A stretch of DNA of 63,980 nt, the filler included, from Basidioascus undulatus (lineage: Eukaryota), in the NCBI GenBank assembly GCA_000826855.1. It is 11 parts of 11 records of this genome, joined end to end, with 100 filler letters (N's around TTAATTAATTAA, not from the genome) between each part and the next. Parts side by side here need not be neighbours in the genome. Positions count along the whole stretch, not along the records: positions 3,930 to 28,732 come from JTLS01000231.1; 10 more parts are not named here. One strand, given 5' to 3'. Below are positions 14,614 through 27,900 of the stretch, piece by piece. The notes beneath the pieces were generated by a model. That model was not told where the DNA came from. It did no database searches and saw nothing but the letters and a program-made list of their open reading frames with translations. The position numbers were made by a program, and so were the translations under genes. The first letter of the stretch is position 1, and each line of letters begins with the position of its first letter.

Positions 14614-15604
14614 CCTTCCTGAACCCGCTCTCTACATCCTCTCCCTTTCTCTTCCTCTCCCCCCAACCCTCCCCATACCCAGTTCTCGCGGTCTCGCACA
14701 CGCTGTCCCGCCTTTCCTTCCGCTCACATGGACTACGTCCTTTCACTTATAATGGACTTCCTCTCCCACCCCCCTCTATGCCGCTTCCCCTTTCCGCCCG
14801 GCAACGGCGCCATGGACCTGCAAAGTAGCACGTAGTCAATACCCCTCCCCGTCTCTGCCTCGCACCGCCGTTGTAATCATGCTCCCGTCCACCTTCCCAC
14901 TTCCCCCGACCCGACGCATGCCTTTTTGCCTTTATTTTGGTTTATTTCTTGCACTTGCTTCTTGCTTGCCTTTTAGCCATGGTTATTGATGGTATGCAAC
15001 CTGCCTGCATTCATGTACTTTTTGGAAGTTTGTTTGACGCCAGTTGCGTTAGGAGATGCGGACTGTAGCATATGCAGCTTTCGACATTATTCTGATACCT
15101 TGAAGGGTTCTTACTTGTGTTTCGTGTACGCAGAGCAAAAAAAGTAGACTGAAGAACAGGGTTTACGTTGGGAAGTTGGGGTCGGTTTACTGTAAGTTTC
15201 TCGAGATTCAGGATGTGCGACGAGTGCTGTCGGCTCCAAGCTGTTTCGACCTGGGTTTCTGTAACAAGTTGCACGACTGCGCGACATACTTTAAGAGGAA
15301 CAGGACATGATTTAAGAGGAACATAATTGTATCCTGATCAGTCGCACTGGCAAGGAGTGGGCTCGGAGGAAGGCAGATGTGGCGACGACCTATCGCAAGA
15401 ATGCAGCCTGCAATTCAACGCGTGTACCTACTCAACGCACAGTCAGGTCTGCGGCGGCCGATGGCCTATGCAGCTATTCATGCAATCATTTGAAATGCGC
15501 GTCTGGAATGATGCGCATCAGAAGCTATGCCGTGAGAACCGAGTGGACATGTTTTATGCAATGAACAATGTGCTGATCCGCAATCCGTGTCTACAGACTT
15601 CCCT

Positions 15605-17183
15605 CTACAGTTTCCCCTCGAGATCCTCCGCGAAGGGGTAGTCCGTGTAGCCCTCAACCTTGTCCGGGCCGGGCCGCTGCAGAGGTCAAACCCACTGTCA
15701 GTTGGTAAATCCTTTGGAAGGGAGGAAGAGTGTGACGGACTAAACGTAGAAAGTGTCGCGGTTGTATGGGTTGAGCTCGACACCCTCGCGGATGCGCGCG
15801 GGCAGGTCACTGCGCATCATAAGTTACAGAGCAGTCAGCATTATTTTCGGTCAGCAGGACGGCATGCTGGCTTACGGGTTGGCGAGGAACGGGCGGCCAA
15901 GCGCAACCGCGGCGTTCTTGGTATCCGCAACAGACTTAGCAGAGTCGGGCTTGAACTGTTTGGACACGAATGAAAGGCCAAGGTCAGCACCCAAAGGACC
16001 GTTCGACGAGGGCAGAACACGGTCTGACTCTTACACCACCCGCAGTGATGAACGGCCTGTCACCCCAAATTTCGAGAGCACAGTCAATTTCCTCGGCGTT
16101 CTCGACGTCGCTGGCGCCCGCGATGCGGCTCTCGACGACATGGAGGTAAGCTAGCTCGGGGAAGCGCTCCTTGATCTGGGTGATCAGGTATGAGGAGGTG
16201 GGGATCAGATTCTCCTCCTTCATGCCCTGGAAGGTGGAGAAGGGCGACAGGCTCATGGCTGTGCGCGAGGCCCCAACCTCCTTGACGATCAAGTCGAGGC
16301 TGTTCATCGAGGGACCGGGAATGAGCACGGACAGACGAGAAATGAAAAAGCGGAATGGCGCACATTTCAAGAGTAAAGCGGGCACGGTTCTCTGTGGGAC
16401 CGCCGTACTCGTCTGTGCGCTTGTTGGTGTCCTGAATGTAACTGGTCGACAACTGGGTTGAAAACAGAAGTGAGCAACGGCTGGTGTGGAAATGGGAGGG
16501 TAGCGGTTGGCTTACGGTAGCCATTTGCACCGTGCACCTGTTAAGCAGTGGCAGCAAATTCAGGATCCGATCAGACTCGCAGCATCTCAAGCTGCACTCA
16601 CCTCGACACCGTCGAAACCGGCCTCCTTCACAGCGTTGAACGCCGCCCTAGCGTACGCTTTTTGAAACTCTTTGAGTTGTACGAGACTACGTCGTAGCCA
16701 TCGCCGTTGAGCGTCTTTGCATCCGCAGCCCGGCCGAGCGCCCAAAGGTGCAGGTAAATGAAAGAGCCGTTTGCGTGGACGGCATCCGTGATCTTCTTCC
16801 AGGACGCAATCTGCTTGGGGGTGTAGATACCGGGGACGTTGGGTAGCCACCCGCGGCCGGGGACTGCAGGGATGATGTTGAGAGTTCTAATGGGGAGAGG
16901 GTCGACAGTGGGAAAAGAGAAGACGCACGATGAAGGTCGCCTCGGTGATGATGAGGGTACCGGGGACGAAGGCGCACTGAGCGTAGTACTCGACCGCAAT
17001 CTGCACGGTCAGGCATCGAGTTAGTTTCCCCCAAATGCTTTTCAGGGAAAAGGAGCAGGCGTACATCCGAGTGGGAGTGGTCGGCGTTGGCACGGAAGCG
17101 GGTCATAGGAGCCATAACGACCTGGTGCTTCTTCAGCTCCGAGTGCCAATCTTCAGGGGTTGAAAGAGTTTGGAAGTCGACAC
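15605..17183 (-). pseudogene. Old yellow enzyme (NADH:flavin oxidoreductase) pseudogene
   Basis: SKLFQPLKIG, VMAPMTRFRA, GTLIITEATFI, LWALGRAA, AGFDGVE/VHGANGY, NKRTDEYGG..ENRARF, LGRPFLANP/DLP, GYTDYPF. Start reads GTG, with frameshifts near 17145 and 16843 and a frameshifting deletion near 16682. Confidence 0.9.
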
Positions 17184-17989
17184 AGTATTATTTCGATGAG
17201 AAGAACATTTGAAGACTTAGTTGTAGCGATATAAGGGTCTAGTTCAAGCAAGAAAAGGGAGAATCAGCATCGAGGCAGAACTGTTATGTAGCGATCGTTG
17301 CCGTGCTGACTGTGCAGCGCACACCCCGCAATCCATTCAGCGGTGAGTGGCAATTTAGCAGGAGGCAAAGATGGAGGCGGTTTGTCAAACATCTGAAGCG
17401 GCCGAGGCACTTTGAGGAGCGACTGGACGAAGTACAGTCATATGTGAACCTGAACGAAGTACAGTGCGTGCCGCGTATACTGCAGTGCAGTTTCGAATTG
17501 TCTTCGAATGATCTTTATCAAGAAGCATGCCCGAAAGGAGAATCGTCTTATGGGCGCTCTGAAAATTGTTCGTGCGGGCGACAGACAGATGCTGAAAGAC
17601 GTTGATTTGCGACGGAAGATGCACGTCCGGAAGCGAGGCGTGGGGGCCACTGTGAGCTCGCTCGCTCATAAACTTTCAGTCAGCTCACGGATCGCTCGGA
17701 AGCGCAACTTCCGTGTGAGACGCTCTATCGCAGCGTTTCCCCCACTCCCCACTGCGCTTGGTACAGAGCCTTCTCCCCAACTAGTCAATGAAAGTATCAC
17801 CAATTGAGCTCATCCCCCTCAGGGCGTGAATATCAGCGCATCCGCCTTCGCCTGCTGGCAAGCCGAGCTGCACTCCGCAAGTGCAAAAAGTTAGACAACC
17901 TGACTGGATTAGGGAGAATGGGTCTGTAGACGTTTTACCAGTGCTTTTCTCAATTGAGATTTCTGGCACACGCCAGCGCACAGCTTTTG

Positions 17990-19080
17990 AGTGCCACAGC
18001 GGCAGCACAAAAGCAGGCTATGCTTGTGGTTAACCAGAATCTTACTGAGGGAACCCAGCATCCCCAGCGTGGAAGAATCCACCAGGGGCGTCGGCCAATC
18101 TTGTCCACAAATATCGACGCGCCAATAGCGCAGATGTAGTTCAAACCTGCAGACCTGTTGAATTTTTCGGGGTCAGCACCTCACTGATAGGACGAACGTA
18201 ATGTAACAGACTCCGTTCAACCTTGCTTGCTGCGCCGATCGGGTGATGCCGAGTGATGTGAGAACAGGTGCAAGATAGTCACTGTCAACCCAGAGTCAGC
18301 ACAAGATTAAAATGTGAACAAGCCTCGACATTATGTGACTATGGAGACGCCGTTGAGCTGCGAGCCAAGCTGAAAAAGAAGGAAAAGGGAGTTCAGCACA
18401 CACCACCCGAGAGACGGAGAATAACCCACTCCGCACATCACGCAGATAAGAAAACGCTTGCTGTTCTCCTAGTCTGCAGGAAGTCGCTCCAGCTGTCAAC
18501 CTAAACCTTGCTCTCCGCCTCAAGTGCCTCGCAGATCTCATTGAATTCGTGCTGTACCAGTGGATCCTGCGAGTCGCCGTTGGTGTGGTACCGACCAGAA
18601 TGGCGAGGGCCTCCTCGTTGCGTCCCTTTTTCACGAGGAAGCCTGCGAAACCCGACAGCCCATAATCAGCAAGATGTCCCTCTGAGAAGAGCGAGAGGTT
18701 GCATACGAGGAGATTCGTGTGCGAAGGGGATGGCGCAAAGCTGAATGAACGGTGCGGCAGCCTGCCAGAGAGCCGGCAGACGCCAAGCCCAGCTCCCGCT
18801 CATGCTGATAGTTCCTGAGGAGGTGGGGCCGAGCGCAGTTCAGCATGATTCTCGTGGACACACACTCCCGTCTCTTACGAAAGGTCAACCACGCAGCAAT
18901 GATCGCGCCGTAGTAGGTAGTCATGTAGGATGCCGTTGTAATGCCTCGGATGCATGGAAGGGTGATCGCAGTGATAAGAACGAGGGTGGAAGTCGAGGCG
19001 AAGCGAGCCCATGCTGCAGCCGTCGGCATGCTCAATATGTCAGAAAGCAGCTCCGCCCGCCAGAGACCTTCTGAAAGAGT
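17990..19080 (-). pseudogene. Sugar porter (lactose permease/cellodextrin transporter-like MFS) pseudogene
   Basis: YYGAIIAAWLTF / SWAWRLPALWQ...HESPR / FLVKKGRNEEALAIL, frameshift (~18595), YHTNGDSQDPLVQHEFNEI, in-frame TAG 18501-18503, then FVDKIGRRP. N- and C-terminal parts are unrecognisable; limits are approximate. Confidence 0.85.
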
Positions 19081-20420
19081 AAGTACTGACCCGACCAGCA
19101 CACGCGTACCGAGGACAGTTGCCTTACACTCGGAGAAATGGACTTGAGAAAGTATTGCCGTATTTAATAGGCTTGTCTTGGCCTGTACCTACGGGTCGGA
19201 GTGTTCTTCGAGTAGGTCATCTGTGGCAAGTGCATGCGTGGAATACCTCGCTTGCCCGAAGCCGTCTGTACGAGGCACAAAGTCACGCGACAGTTCCATG
19301 TACCGGAATAATGCAATTGATAGATATTCAAATGAAAACGACAGTCCAAATCGACGCTCGATCTGTGTACAATTAGGTTTGCTGCTCAGACCCCGGCGCG
19401 CAGCGGACTTAACGTGGTAAACGGTGAAGCCTGGGCGCACTCCTGAGGAGCCTGATCTGCCCCTGGAGCCAGCGAAGATTAAGGCAAAGGCAATGTACTG
19501 CCATTGAAGTGGTATCCTGGTGCTGTGCGCCCAAGCAGGATTGTTCGAGTGTCGCATCCGCTGCTTAGTCTATGTGACGCTCGAAGCTCTGGCAACCGCT
19601 GTTTCTCCAGAGCATAATCGCACCCCGTCGTCCGCACCGTATTTTATCTTCTGGAAAGTCCTGCAGAAAATGAAATGCGCTGCTTCGGGAATGACCAGAC
19701 AGATCAATCTCGCTATTTGCGTTGCGACGAACCCTCGTCCACCGAAACGACACCGTGACTGTGCACGCCTGCTGCGCTCTCAGCCCGTACATGAGTACCT
19801 ATCGTCACCGTCGCCACATTCAAGCGTTCCCCTCAAAAACCATGAAACTCTGCCCTTTTCACTGTATTTGGGGAAAGAAAGACCTGTCAAAAACGGCTTT
19901 GGGCATGCTCCCCGCCCTCTGCGAAAGCAGGGGTTCCCGTCCATGCACTGCGGTTATCACCATCCTTACGCAATCTTTCAAAGCCAGTCTCATACATAAT
20001 ATCTCTTCCAAATCTCTCTTCCATCTTGTCCAAGAGCGTTCCATCGATGTCCACCAGCCGGGCTAGCCCGTGCCCGCACCGCTCACCCGCTGGCCCTCGC
20101 TCCCGGTGCCTCCTCCCTCTCCGATCCGCCTAAATCAACTCATAAATCAAACAGGGAAGTCCAACGCACTAGTCTGGAACATCCGATGGTCCTAGCACAC
20201 ACAGGCTCACTCCTTGCACCACCATAGCGCGCAGCCTCCGCAATCCCGCAGCGCAGATTCCACAGTGCGATCATCATCGGTATCCTACAAAACCAAGCTC
20301 CCAAGCCCTCATTCGGAAAATTAATACACGGCCAAACACGCCAGAATAAACCACTAATCTCCACCAAACCCGTCAACCCCGCAACCCCACCCAACCCCAA
20401 CGCACAATCATAACGCCTCA

Positions 20421-23338
20421 TCAATTGTTCACCAAGCTCCTCCACATGCCCTCTTCCGGGCGGAAGCTCGAGATGCTCGCCAAATGAGGCGCGACGAACC
20501 CGCTCTCGCCCGCATGTGCGAGGCGCTCCTCGACCTCGCCCACGCGCGGGTCCTCGAGCGTCTCGTCCTCGAGCACCGGGCCGGGGTCGATCGTCGCGGA
20601 GAGGTCCTTGAGCGCGTACGAGACGCGGCGGGCGCTGAGCGACCCTGGCTGGGGCGCCGGCTGGGAGGAGGAGAGGACGGGGAGGATAGGGAGCGGGTTC
20701 GTGGAGGGGAGTGTGGACGAGGGGGAGAGCGGGCCGCGCTGCGCGCGCGCGGGAGAGTGCGGGCGCGGGACGAGAGGCGGGACGAGGATGTTCCGGTCTG
20801 AGAGGGAGGTTTTGCGCTCGAGCGGAGGACGGTACTGCTCCGGGAACTTGATGTCGACTGGGACGGACGTGGCGAAGGCGGGCTTGAAGGGGAGGTCTAT
20901 CCCAAGGACGACGCGACGATTCAGCTCACAGTGAACATATATACACGAAGCAGGTGAAAGGGGAAGACGCACCTTCGCCATCCTCCTCATCCTCGCTCTC
21001 CTCCTCCTCCGGCAGCACAGGCCTCCTTACCTTCGCCGCCTCCGCCCACGCGCGCCGGTGGCTCGGCGTGTTCGCAGCGAGGATCTCGTGCAACTTTTCC
21101 TGCGCGCGTCGGATGTCGCGCTCGTGCTGCGCCGCGCGCTCGGCGGCACTGTCCCGCGAGGGGGACCGCTCGGGGGCCGCAGTGGACGGGGGGGAGGAGG
21201 CCGGCGGCGAGGAGGATGGCGCGGCGGCTTGTTCGGTCTCGGGCTCGATTGGCGCCTCTGGGTCGAAGTCGAAGTCGAACACCGCAGCTGTTTTGTTCCA
21301 CAGATCCAAAGTCAGTGTACCGTGGGCTGCGCGGGAGAAAATGAAAGGCAACGCACCCTCCGCCTCATCAATCCGCTCCTCCACCTCGTCCTCCTCCATA
21401 TCGGCGCGCTTCCCATTCACATACACCCGCGGCTCCTGCACCTCCGCAAACGTGACCTTCCTTGCCGCTCCCTGGCGGTCTCGGCTGCGCCTGTCAGCCG
21501 ACTCCGCGCGCGCCGGCTCAGGCTTGGCCTTCGCCTCCTCCTGCACGGTCTCAAGGGGGGGCGGGGGCACGCCGGCGACGCGCGCCGCCTCCGCCGCGTC
21601 GTCCGCGCTCATCCGCGTCGCCAGCTCCTCCTGCACGACCATCAGGCTGCTCGCGACGTCGAGGTCGGGCGGCTTGCCCGCGTGCTCGCGCTTGACGGAG
21701 GAGGGGACGGCGATGCTGCCCGGAGCGGCGGATGGCAGTGGGGAGGAGGAGGTCGAGGGCGAACGCAACGGGGACGAGGGGGACGAGCTGGTGGGGCGCC
21801 CGCGCGCGGCGTGGTACGACGAGGCGAGGTGGGAGGTCGAGAGCGAGCGGCCGAGCATGCTCGTTGGGACGTGGGGGGTCGAGGGGGAGGGGGAGGCGAT
21901 GCGCTCGAAGGAGAGGTTGGCTGCCGCCGCCGCCGCTGGCTCGTTCCCTCCGCCGGTAGAGAGAGTGGGCGACGATGCGGTCGGGGAGTTGATCTCGTTC
22001 CAGACGGCGTGCCTGCGCCCGTCGCGCTCGGGCGCGGGGAGGTGGTCCGCCGCCTCCTTCGCGTTTGTCCGCCATCGCGCCCAGATCACCGCGACCTGCT
22101 CGCGCGCCTGCTCCTCTTCTTCCTCCACCTCGCGCCGCACCTGCTCGAGGAACTGGTCCACCCGCCGCTCGCCCTCCTGCCGCAGCTGCGCCGAGCGCGT
22201 CGCGGCGAGGGACGCGAGGCGCGCGTAGGCGGCGTCGGAGGGCGTGAAGGGCGCGGGCATGAAGAGGTCGCGTGGGGGGAGGAATCGGCGCGGAGGAGGC
22301 CCGGGCGCGGGGGTGGGCGTGGTAGACGTCGGGGATGAGGAGATGGAGGAGGCAGTTTGGGGAGGTAGGGGTGAGGTAGAGGTGGGGAGGTCGACCGGCG
22401 CGGAGGGGATGGGTGGTGCGGGAAGGGAGTCGCGGGGTGGCGTCGGGACGCCGGGTGGGGAGGTCAAGATGTCGAATGCCTGCGAGTACGAAGGATCTTT
22501 CCGTGCGTCGTCTATTTCGTTGTCCACCTACAGCATGAGAAGATCACGAATGAGCATATATCTCCAGGTCGACAAGGAATCAGCGGGAACATACCAGCAC
22601 GCCTTCGCCCTTCCCGACCCAAACCTGGCCATCTTCGTCCGTCTGCACGTCCTCGGCCTCGACGACGACGCTGGTCGTCTGGGGCCCGTACGTGGGCTCG
22701 TCGTACGAGTAGATGTCGGTGTGGCAGTTGAGGCAGCGGACCTGGATCCGGCGCGGGTACATGCCGATGCAATTGAGGGTGAGGGGGATGCGTGCGACGA
22801 GCTGGGGGTGCACCTGGGGCCGTTCCACCGGAGATTTTCATGGTTACGACACGGAGGGCGTTTCAAAAACGGTAGATGAGAGACGCACGACGCTCAGACC
22901 GTTCGGCACGACATGGACGAGCTCAGCGCTCCTCTCTGGGTGTTCCCCCGCCCCAGGCGCGTCGCCTTGCTGCGCCTTCTCACGCGGCGCACGCGTCGTC
23001 CGCGTTATGCGCACGTTCAAGCACCTGCACGCCCATCTCCTCCCCGCAGCCTGCTCGCAATTCACCGGTCTCCCCGCGCCCGCCTGCGTCTGAGCGTTGG
23101 ACGAGGGTGGGGCGGCAGCGGCGGGCGTGGAAGAAGACGCTGCTGGGGGTGGGACATCTCCCTCGCCGGCGGACGCGGTGTCGTCCTCGCGTGTCATGGG
23201 CTGCTCGCTGTCTTTGGTGGGCTCGACGGTGTGTGTGGTGGCGGCTCGGTAGAGTATGGTGGCGAGGGTGGGGATGGCAATGACAAGGGCCGCGACCAGG
23301 AGCGTCCGATGAGTCGAGGGGTGAGTGGGATTTGGCAT
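20421..23338 (-). CDS. Hypothetical protein: N-terminal signal anchor, CxC...CxxC motif, long Ser/Pro-rich region
   Basis: Consecutive GC3-biased exons with canonical splice sites: MPNPTHP...LLVAALVIAIPTLATILY...WACRCLNVRI / VRCLNCHTDIY / 533-aa ORF / ...FATSVPVDI...GFVAPH...SLVNN*. Confidence 0.75.
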
Positions 23339-24567
23339 GTGAAGAAGGCAGCAAGGGCCAGTGGCACAGCAGCGGAGGCAAGCAGAGAGCCGGCCCGTCA
23401 CGTGCCTCAGTTCGCCTGCCTGCAGGCTGCGAGGAAGTGCGGTGCGGCGGATACCTTTAATGTACACTGATGAGAAGAGCATACTTTTTATTTTAGAGAA
23501 TTATCGGAGGCGTGGACCGCACGGGGTTACCAGGGCGCAGTCAGTCGTACTCTCACCATCGAAGGTGTCAAACCGCCATCAGGTCTGTTTGGGCAGCATA
23601 GGCAGCGTTGAAAGATATCAATTATTGAAGCATTTTGACCATGCTGGAAGTCTTTCTGAATGCTCGTGACAACGTTAGGGTACGAAACAGGAAGTGGTCA
23701 AAATTCAGATTGAGTTTCATCGCTTCCTACGCAGTCCTCCTGCTGTACTATGTCCAGCCGGCGGGTGGTATCTCAAACACAGCGGGCTCCGATTGAAGGA
23801 ATCAGAAAAGTAAATCTCCTGCCAACCAGTGACCATTAATCCTCGATACTGACTTATGGTGGCACTAGAAAGTCGGCGGTTTCGATATGATTTCTGCAGC
23901 GGTAGCGCGCAGGTTCCGTCGCTCGAGGTCGATAATATCTGCCAATTGAAGCCAACGCTGCCACCGCACACAAGTATTAAGCAAAAGTGCGCGTTTACAA
24001 AATCTTCCGCGAAAACCTAATTTTACCGTAGTTATGTAAGTCGGATTGGCAGCGCTTCCGCTGACATCGGCATAAGTATTCAGCTTCTAGACTGCGTGCA
24101 GACCGCGAGCGTCCTCCTTCTCATCTGTGCTGGACGAGATCCGAGATCCAATGAATGAGTTAGACATGCACCAACAAAAGAGCACAAAGGTGGATCAGGA
24201 TGGTCAACATCGTTGGGCATTCCAAGGTTCAAATGAGCAGTATTGAGTTTCGAGTGAACGTCTGACTGGCAGTCGTCGTCTTCCCTAGGAGTTGTGCATA
24301 TTCTTGTCCGTCGTGATGGGCCTTATGAAGGAAGGCATGCTAAATGCATGAGACCAAATCGGGCGGGGTGGAATAGCGACAGAGCATCCAGTCCCATTGC
24401 GAGATTCTACCGAAGGAGCAGCCCAACGTTCGCCAGGCTCAGTGGAAAACAGCCTTGACGGTACACTGTTAAATCTACAGTACTTTGTTTGTGAGAATGA
24501 GTCGGTGAGCTGGATGGACAACGGCATTCCCAAGACCAAAAACGTTGTCCCTGCCAGAGGGACAAGC

Positions 24568-24639
24568 TTCCCCGTCCGGGAATCGAACCCGGGGCTGGGC
24601 GGTGAGAACACCCGATGTTAGCCACTACACCAACGAGGA
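24568..24639 (-). tRNA. tRNA-Glu (anticodon CTC), intronless
   Basis: Minus strand TCCTCGT-TG-GTGT AGTGGCTA ACAT-C-GGGTG TTCTCAC CGCCC-AGCC-CCGGG TTCGATT CCCGG-ACGGGGA-A: full cloverleaf, 72 nt. Confidence 0.96.
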
Positions 24640-24938
24640 GATGACTTTAATAAACGCTGGTAAATCTACTTATTAATGTTGTCGTCTAGCACACACAACT
24701 GCATGGCAGTTTGACACCCTTTTTTAAGCGGATTGAGGACCAAGGTGGCAGTTCAGACACACGCAGTGGAAAACGCAGTCACAACAGTGCAATGCAAGCA
24801 TGCAAGCGAAGGGAACTAAAAGCGACGGACAGACATGCAATGTGAAAAGCAAGCGAAGTACGAAGGATATGCAAAGGTAAGAGTAGCATGCATACAATAC
24901 AGTACATAGAAGAAAGCGAGATAACAAAAACGCGCGAG

Positions 24939-27900
24939 CTACGAATATGCAGGCGCCAACCCGCTCATCGTCCGCGCGAGGTCGCGCATGCCCTCGACGG
25001 TGGCAACATGGAAGGGGACGACCTTCGCGGATGCGCAGAGCGCCCAGCGGTCCGCAGCGAGGACGGCGAGGTCATGGAAGCTTCTTGTGACGTCTCTGAG
25101 CTGGCGCTCTGGTGTGAGGTCGCCCGCGTCCGGGGCAGTGGAGAGGAGGTGCACGGCGAGGGCGGAGATGGACGCGAGCGCGGGGTGGCGGAAGGGGGAG
25201 AGGGCCGTGCGCGCGAGGGAGAGGTCCGTGTCCTGTGGCACGGAGAGGAGGAGGGAGCTGTGCGGGGGCGAGATGATGGGTGTCTCGGAGAAGTCGGTAG
25301 GGGAGGCGAGGTCGGAGAACGGCGTGGGGACGGGCGGGAAGAGGGTGGTTCGATGTGACGGGTAGACGGCGTAGACGGCCCGGCTGGCGTCAATCAGGAG
25401 CATGCTGGGGGACTCGCCAGTCTTCTTTGGTGATTTGGGCACTTCGGCATCGCGCGGCGGTCGGAGGAGAGGGACGGGCGAGCAGGGGTCGATGCAGGCG
25501 AGGGAGATGTGAACGGGCGGGCCGAAGTTGCCCGAGTCCGCAGCGATGAGTGCTTGCCAGACTGGAGAAGAGGAACAAGAGGGTGCATCAGTCGATGCAT
25601 GCGAAGAAGCGCGGCAAGGGGAGACGCTCACCTTCGAACTCGGCGTACGACATCCGGCCGCTCTTGCAGAAGACGATCCTCCACTCGACGCTTGCCCGCG
25701 CGGCACACTCCCTCGCGAACTCCCAGATGCTCGCGATGGCGTGCTGCACAGCATCTTTGCCAATCCTGCCGGGGGATCTCCACGCCCGCTGCGCGTGGCC
25801 CTCCCCGCGCTCATCAACGCACGCGGCAAAGATCCACTCCGCCTCGTCGTCTAGCGCGTACGCGACGTGCAGCATCGTGTGCTTCTCCCACGCGCCGCCG
25901 AGGCTGAGCGGCCAGCTGGTGAAGTCCGCGCGCGGGTCCGAGCTGCGGCCGAGCGCGAAGACGGGGTACTGCACGAGCGTGTCGGCTGCGCGGGAGAAGG
26001 GCGGGACCGGGCGCGGATTGAGGCGCTCGACGGGGCGGAGGAGGCGGTCGAACGTTGAGAAAGCGAGCTGCTTCAGGCGGGCGGTGGAGAGGGAGCTGGA
26101 CAGGGAGGCGTCGAGAACGTCGGCGAGCGGAAGAGGTTGGACGACAATGCGGGCGTCGGGCGAGGACAGGGTTTGGGCGAGCGTTGCGTCGATGGGTGAG
26201 GATGTGGAGGAGCCGAGGACGTAAATGACGAAGTGGGGGTGGGTTTCAGGGAGCTGCCCGCTGACAGCGGCTGCGAATACGCGTCCAAAGCGTCAGAAAC
26301 GGCGGCACCTACAATAAAGCGTTGAACTGCCACTCACCAACAGCTGCAGCGATGCTGTCCCGCGCAAAGCCCGCGACCCCGTCCTCCAGTCCGTTCGCCT
26401 GCCCCCGAGTCATGCGCCCAAGACTGCAGCCCTCCCACGTCTTCTCGAGCGCGGCAAGCCATCGCCCAACGCGTTCTCGGGCCTCCGCGCCGGCCGCCTC
26501 GCCTTCGAACACGGCAAGGGCCATGACGTCCTTGCGCCCGCTGAGCGGCGAAAAGCCCATCTTGTCCCAGAAGCGCAGTGCGACGGGGGAGGTGTGCAGG
26601 ACGGCACCGACGTGTCCGACGGCGTAGGCAGGCGCGTCCAGGAGAGCGAGCCGCGGTGCCGGTGGAGGGGGCACGGAGACGGTCGACGACCGTCGTCGGG
26701 TCTTCACCGCCGTCGGAGAGAGGCCGACTTCGCTGGGGCCCGATGGCGCTGCAGGGAATGCCCGTCAAAAGCGGTGCGCACGTGCCTCTGCGATCGAACT
26801 TACTCAGTTCCAAATACGTTGACACGCTCAGGGTAGTCTTGATATCCTCGCCACCGGCCGATCCCGCCTCGAGCGCCTCCGCGAGAAGGCGGTGCGCCTT
26901 CTCCATCAGCGATGCGGACACTACACGAACCCAGTCCAATCAGCGACATGCTCAGCGGAATCAGTGGAGGAAAATATCGCACCTGTTCGGCTATCAGAAC
27001 CACTCAATCCTGGCAGGCCTCGTCCAAATCCACCCCCGATCGCCATCTCCCACACCTTCTCGACGTCCCCACCATCGACGCGGCCCGCAACGGGCGCGGG
27101 CGGCGAGCACGGCGTGAGCGCCATGAACGCCATTGCGCCCGACTGAGCGTGTCCCATGGGACTCTGCACGACCGGCGCGGATCCCTGCAAGAGAAGTAAG
27201 AACACGCCGTTGGGCGGCGCAGGTGGTGCTGGGGGTTCTGCGGGGCGCGCGGCCGGTCTCCGAACCGCGTCGAGCGATGACGACGCGCGGGACTCGACGG
27301 ACGTGTCGGACCCGCTCCAGTCGCTCTCGTCGTCCCTGAGCGCGGTCGTCCACCGCACGCGCTGCGCCTTGGGCTTGCGGACCTTCTTCGATCCGACGAT
27401 CGCGAACTTGGCGCGCTTGCGGTCTGCCGGCCCGCTGCGCTCGAGCGCCTTGGACCGCTGGCGCTTCGCCTTCCGCAGCGCTTCGACGACGTGCGCGCGC
27501 GGAGCGCACAGCGCGTCGTACCACGAGGGCGGCTCGCTTGGGCGGGGCGGCCCAGTCGCGCGCGAGCTCCGACGGCGCTTGCCGAGGATGACGCCAAGAG
27601 CAGGCCGCGACGAGTCGAACATTTCGTCGTCCGACGAGTCGGACTCGGAGGCAGAGTCGGGCTGCACAGCGAACTTGCCGCCTGCAGCGTACTTGGACGC
27701 GAGGGTGCTCTCGCCGTCGAAGCGCAACGCTTCCCACCCCTGCGGGACGCGACCGTTCTGGACAATCTCAGCGCGGTCCACGCCGGCGTCCATTAGACCG
27801 AATCCGGTGGGGGCGGGCGTAAAGGGCGTGTAGGGCGTGCGGGGCGTGCGGCCGGACTGCATACGCTGCATAGTGGGCGGGGAGAACGCCTCGGAAGGCG

